A DNA stretch of 47,767 nucleotides from Nanobdellati archaeon (GCA_015522845.1 WALL01000019.1:1-47767); one strand, 5' to 3'. Positions 8,680 through 17,167 are shown, counted from the stretch's first letter. A program made the numbers and translations. The notes: generated from the sequence alone by a model not told the origin.

Positions 8680-10180
8680 GGGCAGCATCAATTTGCGCTT
8701 TTAAGTCTGCTAGCTTCCGCACTACTTCCTTTGACTTGGCAAGGTTCCTTAGCGATACTGAGGTTTCAAGTGAGACAAACCCGATGTCTGTCTTTGCAAC
8801 AAGTATGTTAAGCTTTGACGTGCTAATGCCTTCTGCCTTGCCATGCTTTATCTTTTCTTTTGCCTTGTCAAGTGAGCTGCGCACTGCATGCTCAACATCC
8901 CGCCGCATATTATTCCAGAGCATCTCCTTCTGCTCATCAGTCTCAGCAGTGCTTATCTCATTCTCAAACGACTTGAATATGTCTAAGACTCCCTCCTCTT
9001 CCTTTTCCTTTTCGAGGGCTGCACGCAGCTCGCGCATCTTCTTCTTAACATCTGTTACTGGAACTGGCTTGGCAGGCACTTTTTGCAGTGGGGCTGGCGA
9101 GCCAGCAGCTTCAAGCTTCCCAAGCTCATCCTCAAACTCCTTGCGGGACAGCGATGCAACAACTGCCTTGCGGACAAGCTCTTTAAGCCCCTTGTCAAAC
9201 TCAACTAGCTTCTCCTGCATCCCCTGTAGCTCCTTTTCCTGGCGCTGGAGGGACTCAACACGCTCGGCAACCTCCTGCAGGCTTTCACTTAGCTCCCCAA
9301 CTTTCTTGCCGACATCCTTAGCCCTTAGCTCCTTTGCAATGGACGATAGGTCCTTTCGTATGTCGGCAACTTCCTCTAAGTTCTCCTTGTTGCGGGCGCT
9401 CCACTCCTCAAGCTTTGATTGCAGCCCTGCCGTAGCCTCACTAAGGGAGTCAAGCTCAACATGCTCCTTTCCTATTGCAGAATAAAGGCCTTTGAACTCC
9501 TCATTGTGCTTTGTAAGCGTATTCTTTAGCTCCTCAAAGTTATTAATTGACTCTGTTACATGCATTACCTGCGCCATTACCCTCTCCAGCTCTTTCTTAA
9601 CTTTTGCGTTGGCAGTGGTCTTAGCCTCTAGCTCCTGAAGCTTTGAGAGCAAGGATGTCAGCTCCCTTGAGTTCTGCATGCTCTCCTTATGCCATTCCTC
9701 AAGGTCTTTTTGCAGGGCAACCAGGAACTCGCGGCCATCCTTCTGCGTGGATGGGGTCTGGCGGGGAAGCGCATCTACTTTTGCCTTCAGTGCACGTATC
9801 TGCCCCTCAATGCGCTTGTCTCCTGCCTCAGAAGATGATGAGAGCGACTGCATCTCCGCCTTTATTGCCTGTATTTGCTCAAGGTCACGGCTAAGCTGGG
9901 CTAGCTTCTGCTCAAGCGCCTGCTTGGCGGCTGGGATGCTGCTTCCAGCCGGATGGAGCGAGAGGGCACCCATCTTTGCCTGTATGGACGAAATCTCCCT
10001 CTTAGCAGATGCAGGCGGGGAAAGCTTCTTGGAGAACAGGTTTAGCCTCTCGTTTAGTGCTGCAATGGCTGCCTGGTTCCTCTTGCTCTCGTCATGCCAC
10101 TGCTGCAACTCTTCCCTTACCAGCTTTAGCGAGTTAGCAAGCCTTTGCAAAACTTCCACTGTGGAGACTTCTTCGGGCAT
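8657..10180 (-). CDS. Long coiled-coil protein of unknown function (507 aa, no TM segment)
   Basis: Heptad-rich, E/K/L/Q-dominated sequence throughout. A thrice-repeated motif [ED]L[EQ][EQ]W..(E/R)(S/N)..N is present. Own TATA box at 10206-10213. No family recognised. Confidence 0.6.
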   Translation of the reverse strand: MPEEVSTVEVLQRLANSLKLVREELQQWHDESKRNQAAIAALNERLNLFSKKLSPPASAKREISSIQAKMGALSLHPAGSSIPAAKQALEQKLAQLSRDLEQIQAIKAEMQSLSSSSEAGDKRIEGQIRALKAKVDALPRQTPSTQKDGREFLVALQKDLEEWHKESMQNSRELTSLLSKLQELEAKTTANAKVKKELERVMAQVMHVTESINNFEELKNTLTKHNEEFKGLYSAIGKEHVELDSLSEATAGLQSKLEEWSARNKENLEEVADIRKDLSSIAKELRAKDVGKKVGELSESLQEVAERVESLQRQEKELQGMQEKLVEFDKGLKELVRKAVVASLSRKEFEDELGKLEAAGSPAPLQKVPAKPVPVTDVKKKMRELRAALEKEKEEEGVLDIFKSFENEISTAETDEQKEMLWNNMRRDVEHAVRSSLDKAKEKIKHGKAEGISTSKLNILVAKTDIGFVSLETSVSLRNLAKSKEVVRKLADLKAQIDAALKGEAAS

Positions 10181-10205
10181 AGCTAGTTAAGATAATCCCG
10201 GCGCA

Positions 10206-10213
10206 TTTATAAA
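10206..10213 (-). promoter_or_regulatory. TATA box TTTATAAA for the coiled-coil gene
   Basis: Box centre is about 29-30 nt from start codon 10180, in the 35-nt gap after the trmJ-like stop. Shares promoter-proximal motifs with the promoters at 13544 and 23557. Confidence 0.5.
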
Positions 10214-10215
10214 GC

Positions 10216-10875
10216 TTACTTCCTAAACCGGGAAAGCACTGCAGCAATCCCTTTTGCCTCGCTGCCAGATATGAACGCCCGCGAGATGACGTTCCTGAAC
10301 ATCTTAATGGCATTTTCTGGGTTGCGAAGCCCAGATGAGCGTGCAGCATCAGAAAATAGCCCCACTAAAGCCCTTTTCTCGCGTCCGTCAGAGGTGCGCA
10401 TTGTGCTTGACTTTGAGGAGAAAAGCTCATAAAACAGGATTGCGGCGGCATGGGTTACATTCATAACGGGGTAAGCCGAGCCCTCTATGTGGGCAACCAC
10501 ATCACATTTCCTAAGCTCGGCACTTGTGAGGCCCCGCGACTCCCTCCCAAAGACAAGCGCATAGCTGCCCCTGCCAACCTGCCCCGCCAGTTCACGCGGG
10601 GTAAGGTATGCACGGGTGGTGTTATTGTCAGTGCTAGGCTTTGCAGTAGTTGCAATCACCTCATCAAATCCCGCAACTGCCTCATCAAATGAGGAGGCCA
10701 CCCCTGCAGCCTGGACAACATCCCAGGCATGCATCGCACGTGCTCTGGTAATTGCAGTTATTGGGCAGGGGTTCACAAGTATGAGCTTGGATAGCCCGAA
10801 GTTCTTCATTGCCCTTGCCATAAACCCTATTGTCCCTGGATTTTCTGGCTCTTCCAATATTACCGTGAAGCCCAT
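10216..10875 (-). CDS. SpoU/TrmH-family RNA 2'-O-methyltransferase, TrmJ-like
   Basis: 219-aa ORF. N-terminus ILEEPENPGTIGFMARAMKNFGLSKLILVNP matches the TrmJ-type SPOUT pattern, followed by ALVFGRESRGL and NVTHAAAILFYE. Confidence 0.75.
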   Translation of the reverse strand: MGFTVILEEPENPGTIGFMARAMKNFGLSKLILVNPCPITAITRARAMHAWDVVQAAGVASSFDEAVAGFDEVIATTAKPSTDNNTTRAYLTPRELAGQVGRGSYALVFGRESRGLTSAELRKCDVVAHIEGSAYPVMNVTHAAAILFYELFSSKSSTMRTSDGREKRALVGLFSDAARSSGLRNPENAIKMFRNVISRAFISGSEAKGIAAVLSRFRK

Positions 10876-10897
10876 TGCACTGCCCCCACAAAAATGC

Positions 10898-10904
10898 TTT
10901 TATA
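10898..10904. promoter_or_regulatory. Single shared TATA-like box (TTTTATA) between divergent starts 10875 and 10928
   Basis: The 52-nt divergent spacer holds only one A/T box. Its centre is about 26 nt from the minus-strand start and about 27 nt from the plus-strand start. Confidence 0.45.
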
Positions 10905-10927
10905 CCCTTAGTCAGTATCAACACATA

Positions 10928-12256
10928 ATGAAAAAGGTTGTGGTGCTATTATTGCTGCTGGTGGCATCTTCCCTTGCAGGGGAGGTGTCACTGGACAAGG
11001 CACTCACGCTGGCACTTGCTGAATACCCCAGCTTAAACGTGCAGCCGCAAAGCAAGCCCAGCCAGCTAGCAGTTACAGGCAGTGGAAGCTATTGGATCAT
11101 TGAATTTGATGACCTGTGGGTGCCTGTCTCTAGGAATGGTACAGTGCTTAAGGGGCAGGAGGGTGAGATAACTGCTGCTTACAAGGTGCACTATGCGCTG
11201 CAGGAGATAATCAAGCAGCGCGACAAGAAGGACTACCCAGTTAACCACGACTCATCACTAACACTGATGATGGGAGACGTTGACAATAAGATAACATACC
11301 TTGTGTCCTACAAGCCACAGCTGCCCGCCGAGCTCCAGGATGGCGCCAGTAGCCTCATCTCCAGTGCAAAGGGGCTGCGCTCCTCCATTGGATGGGCACT
11401 GGGGAACATCACTGCAGTGAAGGCAGAAGAGGATAAGATATTGTATGCCCCAGCAAGCTACTCTGACTTTAAGCGGTGGCGTGGGGAATTTAACAGCATG
11501 CTTAATGCATTTTCAGGGGTTGCAAGTGCAGGCTATGCTTACAACGGCGCTAGGACTGCATTTAACCTTAAGGCACAGGCTTTCTTGAACAGCAGCAATG
11601 ACACCGCACAAAAGGAGACCGTACAAGCATTTGTTTCAGGGATTGCAATAGCTAATGTCCCTGGCTCCCTCCCCGGACTGGAATCAAGCGTAAGCCAGTG
11701 GAAAACAAGCTGGCTGGGCGTTGCCCTCACGGATGATAAGATAAGCGCTGAATGCAAGGAGATATACATAAAATACAGTGAGTTTTGGAGTGGCGAGACC
11801 GTTGCTTCCCTCCGCAATAAGGCCTATACCAAGGTGAGTGCCCTTGGGATGACTGTCCCGGCAACCATTGGCGACTTAGGGAAATGTGAGCGGGAGCTGA
11901 GCGCAAAGCAGCAAACAGACTTGGTGGAGCTAAACCGGACTTACAGCAAGGCATCCAGCAGCTATACTGCGGGCGCAGGATATGAGAAGGCGCTGGATGG
12001 CCAAAAGGCAAGGGAAGCTTACCTGAATGCAATTGGCTGGGCAGACAAGGCAGATGCGCTGGAGAAGCAGCTGTCAGGGGTAGGATGCCCAACCCCTTCA
12101 CCAAGCCCCACGGCGGGCACTAGCCCGATTAAGTTCCTTACGTCAGCGTGGGGAATTGCGCTTATAGCGCTTGTTGTGCTTTTGATAGCGCTTTACTGGT
12201 GGAATAACAGGAAAAGGGATGAAGGGTATGAAGATGAGTACGCTCCTAGCTATTAG
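10928..12256 (+). CDS. Secreted, C-terminally membrane-anchored surface protein (442 aa), unknown family
   Basis: The in-frame ATG 10928 gives the signal peptide MKKVVVLLLLLVASSLAGE. Several N-x-S/T sequons. Pro/Ser/Thr linker PTPSPSPTAGTSP, then TM helix WGIALIALVVLLIALYWW and a basic/acidic tail. The upstream part of track ORF 10616-12256 is antisense shadow of the trmJ-like gene. Confidence 0.65.
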   Translation: MKKVVVLLLLLVASSLAGEVSLDKALTLALAEYPSLNVQPQSKPSQLAVTGSGSYWIIEFDDLWVPVSRNGTVLKGQEGEITAAYKVHYALQEIIKQRDKKDYPVNHDSSLTLMMGDVDNKITYLVSYKPQLPAELQDGASSLISSAKGLRSSIGWALGNITAVKAEEDKILYAPASYSDFKRWRGEFNSMLNAFSGVASAGYAYNGARTAFNLKAQAFLNSSNDTAQKETVQAFVSGIAIANVPGSLPGLESSVSQWKTSWLGVALTDDKISAECKEIYIKYSEFWSGETVASLRNKAYTKVSALGMTVPATIGDLGKCERELSAKQQTDLVELNRTYSKASSSYTAGAGYEKALDGQKAREAYLNAIGWADKADALEKQLSGVGCPTPSPSPTAGTSPIKFLTSAWGIALIALVVLLIALYWWNNRKRDEGYEDEYAPSY

Positions 12257-12953
12257 CCTGCTGCTGGCAGCTGCATCCGCAGCAATGATAACAGTAGGCC
12301 AAAAGCATGTGTTTGAGGGTGAGGAATTTAGCGTTAGCTACACTGCAAATGCCCCCTTGTCACAGCATGAGGCAACCATATCATTCGCCGGGCAGGAGCG
12401 GAAAATAACGCTGCCATCCATGGCAGTTGGGTCTTTCTCAGCAGACGTAACATTTACTGCCCCGCAAGCAGGGGAATATGACGTATCTTCCGGAGAGGCA
12501 ATGGCTAAAATTGTTGTTGAGCCAGCAGTAATTGCACTGGAGGATGTCTCCCTCTCGCCATCTTCTATTAAGCCAAGGGAAACAGCAAAGCTCAAGTACA
12601 CTGTCGAGAATGTTGGCAATGTGGAAGTATACAATGTTAAAAGCAAGCTTTCAATACCTAATTCAGATAAGTTTATCTATAACCAGGATGAGCAGGAGCT
12701 GTTTAGCACCATGGCCCCTGGAGAAAAGATTGTCCAAGAAAAGGAGATAGCTGCACGCGAAAATGCTGGAAGCGAGGCAAGGGTTCTCTTAGCTATCAGC
12801 TATGAGTATGATGGGGAAACCCACAAGGTTGAGAAGTGGATAACCCTTGGCACCAGCAAGCTAGATGTTGGGCCAATAGCTATGGCGGCTATTGCTTTGC
12901 TTGTCATAGCAGCTGCTAAGTTTGCTGCCTCACGGCATAAGCGCACCAGCTAA
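12234..12953 (+). CDS. Secreted, tail-anchored protein with CARDB-like beta domain
   Basis: Signal peptide MSTLLAISLLLAAASAA (alternative starts 12219/12228). Segment LSPSSIKPRETAKLKYTVENVGNVEVYNV resembles a CARDB/adhesion fold. C-terminal TM IAMAAIALLVIAAAKFAA plus basic tail. Overlaps the preceding gene's 3' end. Confidence 0.6.
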   Translation: MSTLLAISLLLAAASAAMITVGQKHVFEGEEFSVSYTANAPLSQHEATISFAGQERKITLPSMAVGSFSADVTFTAPQAGEYDVSSGEAMAKIVVEPAVIALEDVSLSPSSIKPRETAKLKYTVENVGNVEVYNVKSKLSIPNSDKFIYNQDEQELFSTMAPGEKIVQEKEIAARENAGSEARVLLAISYEYDGETHKVEKWITLGTSKLDVGPIAMAAIALLVIAAAKFAASRHKRTS

Positions 12954-13520
12954 GGGTCCGTCACAATTGGAATAGCCCCCAGACAAATCAGTCTTCCCAT
13001 CACTTATGGGGTAGAGGCAATTCATGCTCATCCCCGGCACAAGCCGCTGTGAGCGGGATTTCAAGACCCTAACAAACACCTGGCAATACTGACCCCGGTT
13101 AGTTATCCTATACTCATTGGTTATGCCGCGGTATGAGCTTTGATAGCTGCCGGGCTGGCAGTCTATAACCTTTTGGACACAAAAAGTATCATCCCCGCAG
13201 TCAGCCGGGTGAGACGACACAACAACCACAAGGTATAGCACAGCACTGGCTAGTGCTAGGGCAACAACAAACGCTATGAAGATAAGCGCAAAATTTACTT
13301 TCTTCTTTGGCTTTGAATATAGGCGCATCTCTGCCTTTGATACTATTTTTTCCGCATCATCTAGTGAATAGCCCATATTATGGAGCAGCAGCTTCACTGA
13401 ACTGCGTGGCTTCCCACCCCCAAGAAGGCTGGCTGCATCCTTTATAATGCCCTCATCAACCTGCATTTCCTGGCTACCAGATACTTGCCCAAGCTTTGTG
13501 AAATCTAAGACTTCCCCCAT
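12930..13520 (-). CDS. Single-pass membrane protein with Cys-rich extracytoplasmic domain
   Basis: 196-aa ORF. Cytoplasmic N-terminus containing LLLHNMGYSLDDAEKIVSKA, then TM FALIFIAFVVALALASAVLYLVVVV, then a 6-Cys ectodomain. TATA at 13544-13551. Confidence 0.55.
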   Translation of the reverse strand: MGEVLDFTKLGQVSGSQEMQVDEGIIKDAASLLGGGKPRSSVKLLLHNMGYSLDDAEKIVSKAEMRLYSKPKKKVNFALIFIAFVVALALASAVLYLVVVVSSHPADCGDDTFCVQKVIDCQPGSYQSSYRGITNEYRITNRGQYCQVFVRVLKSRSQRLVPGMSMNCLYPISDGKTDLSGGYSNCDGPLAGALMP

Positions 13521-13543
13521 CCTAGCTAATAATCCAGATGAGG

Positions 13544-13551
13544 TTTATAAA
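13544..13551 (-). promoter_or_regulatory. TATA box TTTATAAA for gene 12930-13520
   Basis: Box centre is about 27-28 nt from start 13520. It sits immediately next to the DRG stop codon (13553). Confidence 0.5.
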
Positions 13552-13552
13552 C

Positions 13553-14644
13553 TCAGCGCTTGAGATGGAGCTCAACTATGTCCTTATCCTTAAGCTTATG
13601 GCTGGCACCAACAACCTGCCCTTCAAACCGTGCGCTTTCCCCCCACACCCGGGCGTATTGGAGGCGGCTAGCCCACTCCTTCCGGATGCGCTTGCACGCT
13701 CCCCTCACAGTGTGGTCTTTCTTTAGGATAAGGGGCTCGCCCATGTCCGGCTCCTCGCCAGCCTTCTTCATATAAACCCGGATTACGCCAAGGCTGCCGA
13801 TTATTTTATCCCGAAGCTCACTTAAGTTCTCCTCGTTCCTTGCAGAGATAAGCAGCGCATTTGGGGCTTCCGCCTTAATTGCCGCTATAGCCTTGGCATC
13901 TAGGGCGTCTGACTTGTTGATGACAGTAACTGCCGGGACATATTTCCTATTGCCAGCAACGGCATCTATCAGCTGGTCTGCTGTAATATCCTGGCGGATG
14001 CGCACATCCGCATTATGGACGCCATACTCATTTAGGATGCCAGCCGCAAGCCTTTCAGAAAGGTGGCTAAGCTTGCAGGATGAGACAAGGCTTATGCCGC
14101 CTGTTGTGCGCTTCCGGATGGTTATGTCTGGTGGGGCTTCATTAAGGCGGAGGCCAGCATTATAAAGTTCGCCTTTGACTACAGCTAGCTGGCCGGGGGC
14201 ATCAAGCAAGACCACAATCAGGTCAGCATTCCTAACAACCCCCATTACCTCACGGCCCCTCCCCTTGCCTTTGGATGCGCCAAGGATTATGCCAGGCACA
14301 TCAAGCAGCTGTATTTTTGCCCCCTTATATTCCATCATCCCGGGTATAACTGCCAGGGTAGTAAATGCATAGTCCGCTACCTTCGACTCGGCGCTGGTAA
14401 GCTTGTTAAGGAGTGTGCTCTTGCCAACTGACGGGAAGCCAACAAAAAGCACTGTAGCATCGCCTGCCTTCTTAACTGCATAAGACGGGCGGGAATGCCC
14501 ATTTTTGGAGCGCGTCTCTTGCTCTGCCTTCAGCCTTGCTATGCGCGCTTTAAGGAGGCCGATATGGTGCTGGGTTGCCTTGTTGTACTTGGTGTTGTGT
14601 ATCTCCTCTTCAAGCTCTGCAATCTTCTCTGCTATTGAAGCCAT
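13553..14644 (-). CDS. Developmentally regulated GTP-binding protein (DRG/Rbg1 family, OBG-like GTPase with TGS domain)
   Basis: 363-aa ORF. Typical DRG N-terminus (IAELEEEIHNTKYNKATQHHIGLLKARIARLK). G1 GFPSVGKSTLLN, G3 DVPG, G4 NKSD. C-terminal TGS-like region. Confidence 0.9.
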   Translation of the reverse strand: MASIAEKIAELEEEIHNTKYNKATQHHIGLLKARIARLKAEQETRSKNGHSRPSYAVKKAGDATVLFVGFPSVGKSTLLNKLTSAESKVADYAFTTLAVIPGMMEYKGAKIQLLDVPGIILGASKGKGRGREVMGVVRNADLIVVLLDAPGQLAVVKGELYNAGLRLNEAPPDITIRKRTTGGISLVSSCKLSHLSERLAAGILNEYGVHNADVRIRQDITADQLIDAVAGNRKYVPAVTVINKSDALDAKAIAAIKAEAPNALLISARNEENLSELRDKIIGSLGVIRVYMKKAGEEPDMGEPLILKKDHTVRGACKRIRKEWASRLQYARVWGESARFEGQVVGASHKLKDKDIVELHLKR

Positions 14645-15150
14645 GCCCTAAACACCACCAGCTCCTCAAAAAATATCCTTCTCTCCGCAACAATCTCCCA
14701 CCTATAGCCAAGCCCTGCAAGCCTTTCCTTTGTCTTTCCTATGCCTGTAAGCGAGCTTTGCACAAATAGTATTTGCCCGCCGCTAGTTAAATAATGCTTT
14801 GCCTGGGCAAGGAACCTGCCAAGCAGCTCCCCTCCTGTTGGCCCGCCATCAAGGGCAATGTCCCTGGGCTCCGCATCAGGCAGGTAGGGGGGGTTGAACA
14901 CTATTGTATCAAACTTTCCCTTGACACTTGAAAACAAGTTGGATTGGAAGGCTGTTGCACCTGGGACAGAGCTTTTTGCAGCTGCAACTGCCTCAGGGTC
15001 TATGTCGCAGGCAGTAACGGAAGCCGCATTCTGCATTGCAGCGTGCGCCTGTATTCCGCTGCCAGTGCCCATATCAAGGACTGCGCCATGTGCATACTTC
15101 CTTACCGCCCCCTCAAGGAGGAAAGAGTCCTCCCTTGGCAAGTATACCAT
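14632..15150 (-). CDS. HemK/Mtq2-like N5-glutamine (release-factor) methyltransferase
   Basis: The internal ATG 15150 gives MVYLPREDSFLL.. with SAM motif VLDMGTGSG and catalytic NPPY. The start abuts the upstream gene's stop (15152). The longer track ORF start would overlap that gene. Confidence 0.75.
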   Translation of the reverse strand: MVYLPREDSFLLEGAVRKYAHGAVLDMGTGSGIQAHAAMQNAASVTACDIDPEAVAAAKSSVPGATAFQSNLFSSVKGKFDTIVFNPPYLPDAEPRDIALDGGPTGGELLGRFLAQAKHYLTSGGQILFVQSSLTGIGKTKERLAGLGYRWEIVAERRIFFEELVVFRAWLQ

Positions 15151-15151
15151 G

Positions 15152-15880
15152 CTAAAGCGGGAACAAGGCCACCGGTGAGGGCATAAGCACCGAGAAGAGG
15201 GCAAAGGCAATAGCCACCAGTACTGCAATGGCCAGTGCGGCTATGAGGCATGGCACTAGCACTGCGGCTACCCCTTTCCAAAGCTCAAACTCATTGGCCT
15301 CTGAAGTGTAGACAATGCTCACCCAAATGCCATAAATAGCAAGCAGCACCACCGGAATGCTAAAGAGCAGCAAGAGCAGGGATGCTGCACTAGCACTGAA
15401 GGGTGCCACCATATCTGCTATCACAAAAAGGGCACCAGCCAGCACCGCTGATGCAAAAAGCACTGCAGACGTGGCCATTGCAATGGCAGCAAACTGCTTC
15501 CCATAAGGTGCTCGCCCCCCAAACAGCCTTGCTATCCCCCACACAAGCGCCGCAAAAACTATGAGGGAAAGCAGCCAGCTAAAGTAAACTGGGATAAATG
15601 CAAGCACTGACAGGGGAGGTGCTAGGATAATGAATGCAAGGGAGCTAACCAACTGGCTAGATGCTCCACCAAGCGCCATAGATATGAGGGACTTTAGGAT
15701 ATCGCCTATGCCAAAAAACACAATTGCAGCAAGCCAAGAGAGCGCCAGGAAGATTGCTGCTGCCTTGGCACCACTGCCAAGGTCCGCATGCCTGAGCTGC
15801 TTCCTTGCTGCTTCCTTTGGCGCTAAGAAAAGCTGGCGATAGCTGTAATAGCTTGAATTAATGAGTTCCACTACGTCCAT
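15152..15880 (-). CDS. Polytopic membrane protein, Yip1-domain-like
   Basis: 242-aa ORF with a hydrophilic N-terminus followed by about 5 hydrophobic helices. The family assignment is tentative. Confidence 0.5.
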   Translation of the reverse strand: MDVVELINSSYYSYRQLFLAPKEAARKQLRHADLGSGAKAAAIFLALSWLAAIVFFGIGDILKSLISMALGGASSQLVSSLAFIILAPPLSVLAFIPVYFSWLLSLIVFAALVWGIARLFGGRAPYGKQFAAIAMATSAVLFASAVLAGALFVIADMVAPFSASAASLLLLLFSIPVVLLAIYGIWVSIVYTSEANEFELWKGVAAVLVPCLIAALAIAVLVAIAFALFSVLMPSPVALFPL

Positions 15881-15892
15881 ATAAGACCACAG

Positions 15893-16495
15893 TTAGTTTT
15901 TCTTAATGGCTTTTAAAACCTTTTCGTAGTCTGCACCCTTGCGGACCACTTCCGGCTCATCACGTAGGTCAACCACTGTTGATGGCTCCCCATGCAGCGG
16001 CCCAGCATCTATATATAGGTCAACAAGGTCGCCAAAATAAGAGAATGCCCCATTAACATCCACTCCAGGGGGCTCGCCTGTTGGGTTGGCAGAAGTGGCG
16101 GTTATTGGCTTGTTAAACATATCAACCATCTCCGCAGCAAGGGGGTTAAGTGGGATGCGGAAGGCAATGCCGCTTGGGGAGAGGTTGCGTGCAAGGCCGC
16201 GTGCCTCAAGCACAACAGTTACTTTCCCTGGAAGAAGCTTCTTTAAGAGGCCTTCATGCTCTGGCATAACTTCTGCATAGGAGCGCAGCATCCGGAAGCT
16301 TGATACCATGACGCTAATCGGGTGCTCTGGATCGCGCTTCTTCATGGCAAATATCTGCCTTACACAGTCAGGCCGCGTAGCATCCGCACCCAGTGCATAA
16401 AGTGTATCAGTGGGATATACTACCACCCCCCCCTCATCCAGCACAAGTATCGCGCGGTCTGCAATCCCTAAAGAGTCCGCCTTAAGAACTACCAT
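15893..16495 (-). CDS. tsaC: L-threonylcarbamoyladenylate synthase, YrdC-domain-only (TsaC/Sua5 family)
   Basis: Motifs VVVYPTDTLYALGADA, SVMV, ITATSANPTG and STVVDL. ATG 16495 lies 1 nt after the upstream stop. About 200 aa, so there is no Sua5 C-terminal domain. Confidence 0.85.
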   Translation of the reverse strand: MVVLKADSLGIADRAILVLDEGGVVVYPTDTLYALGADATRPDCVRQIFAMKKRDPEHPISVMVSSFRMLRSYAEVMPEHEGLLKKLLPGKVTVVLEARGLARNLSPSGIAFRIPLNPLAAEMVDMFNKPITATSANPTGEPPGVDVNGAFSYFGDLVDLYIDAGPLHGEPSTVVDLRDEPEVVRKGADYEKVLKAIKKN

Positions 16496-16496
16496 G

Positions 16497-17150
16497 CTAC
16501 TGCCTTCCTGGCCTCCCTGTGAAATAGACACCAACTGCAAGGGACACTATTGAGAATACTATCAGGCCTAAGCCTTGCAGGAGGATAATTACCCCCTTGT
16601 TCACATCGCTAAAGTCAAGTGAAATTACTTGCGGGGCAATGGACAACAGCACATAAAGGACAACTGCCACCCCAAGGAACAGGAATATTGCCGAAGCAAT
16701 GAGCCGCCATTGGGTTGGGCCCCCTATAACCGTGTCCAGGTCCATCCTGTTTAGCTTTTGGCCCTCAGCAAGCTTTAGGTTCTCCTCACGGACTTTCTTC
16801 ACAGCAAGGGCCATGTCCGCAGTCTTCTCGTTAACTCTTTTGGCAAATTCGCCAAACGCCTTCTGCGATTCGGAGAGCATCTCTTTTTTTATGGAATCCA
16901 TTTTCTTGTCGACTGACTTGTCAACCATCTCGTTAATTAGGCCCTGGCTCTTTTGTATGCGCTCAATGACAAAGCTGTTCATCTCCCTCTTGAACTTTGA
17001 GTAAACATCCCTATCAGCAACCTCCATTATCCTCTTTATCTGGTCATCGGTCAGCCCTAGCTGCTGGAGATTGCCAATTATCTTCTCATCGCTAAAGCCT
17101 TCTGCCCGCATATCGGATACTATCTGCAAGATCTTTGGCTTTTCTGCCAT
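16497..17150 (-). CDS. Membrane protein: helical N-domain, coiled coil, two C-terminal TM helices
   Basis: 217-aa ORF. N-terminus MRAEGFSDEKIIGNLQQLGLTDDQIKRIM, charged helical middle, then two hydrophobic segments. No family recognised. Confidence 0.55.
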   Translation of the reverse strand: MAEKPKILQIVSDMRAEGFSDEKIIGNLQQLGLTDDQIKRIMEVADRDVYSKFKREMNSFVIERIQKSQGLINEMVDKSVDKKMDSIKKEMLSESQKAFGEFAKRVNEKTADMALAVKKVREENLKLAEGQKLNRMDLDTVIGGPTQWRLIASAIFLFLGVAVVLYVLLSIAPQVISLDFSDVNKGVIILLQGLGLIVFSIVSLAVGVYFTGRPGRQ

Positions 17151-17159
17151 AACGGCAAC

Positions 17160-17167
17160 TATTAAAA
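17160..17167 (+). promoter_or_regulatory. TATA-like TATTAAAA for gene 17190-18206
   Basis: Box centre is about 26-27 nt from TTG 17190 (about 29-30 nt from ATG 17193). It interleaves with the opposite promoter in a 42-nt divergent spacer. Confidence 0.4.

Noticed and set aside
12936-12945. A shared 10-mer, CATAAGCGCA, at two convergent overlap junctions (12936-12945 and about 35748-35757), considered as a possible bidirectional terminator motif.
   Set aside because: A single exact 10-mer pair is expected many times by chance in a window of about 48 kb on both strands. It is absent from the other five overlap junctions.
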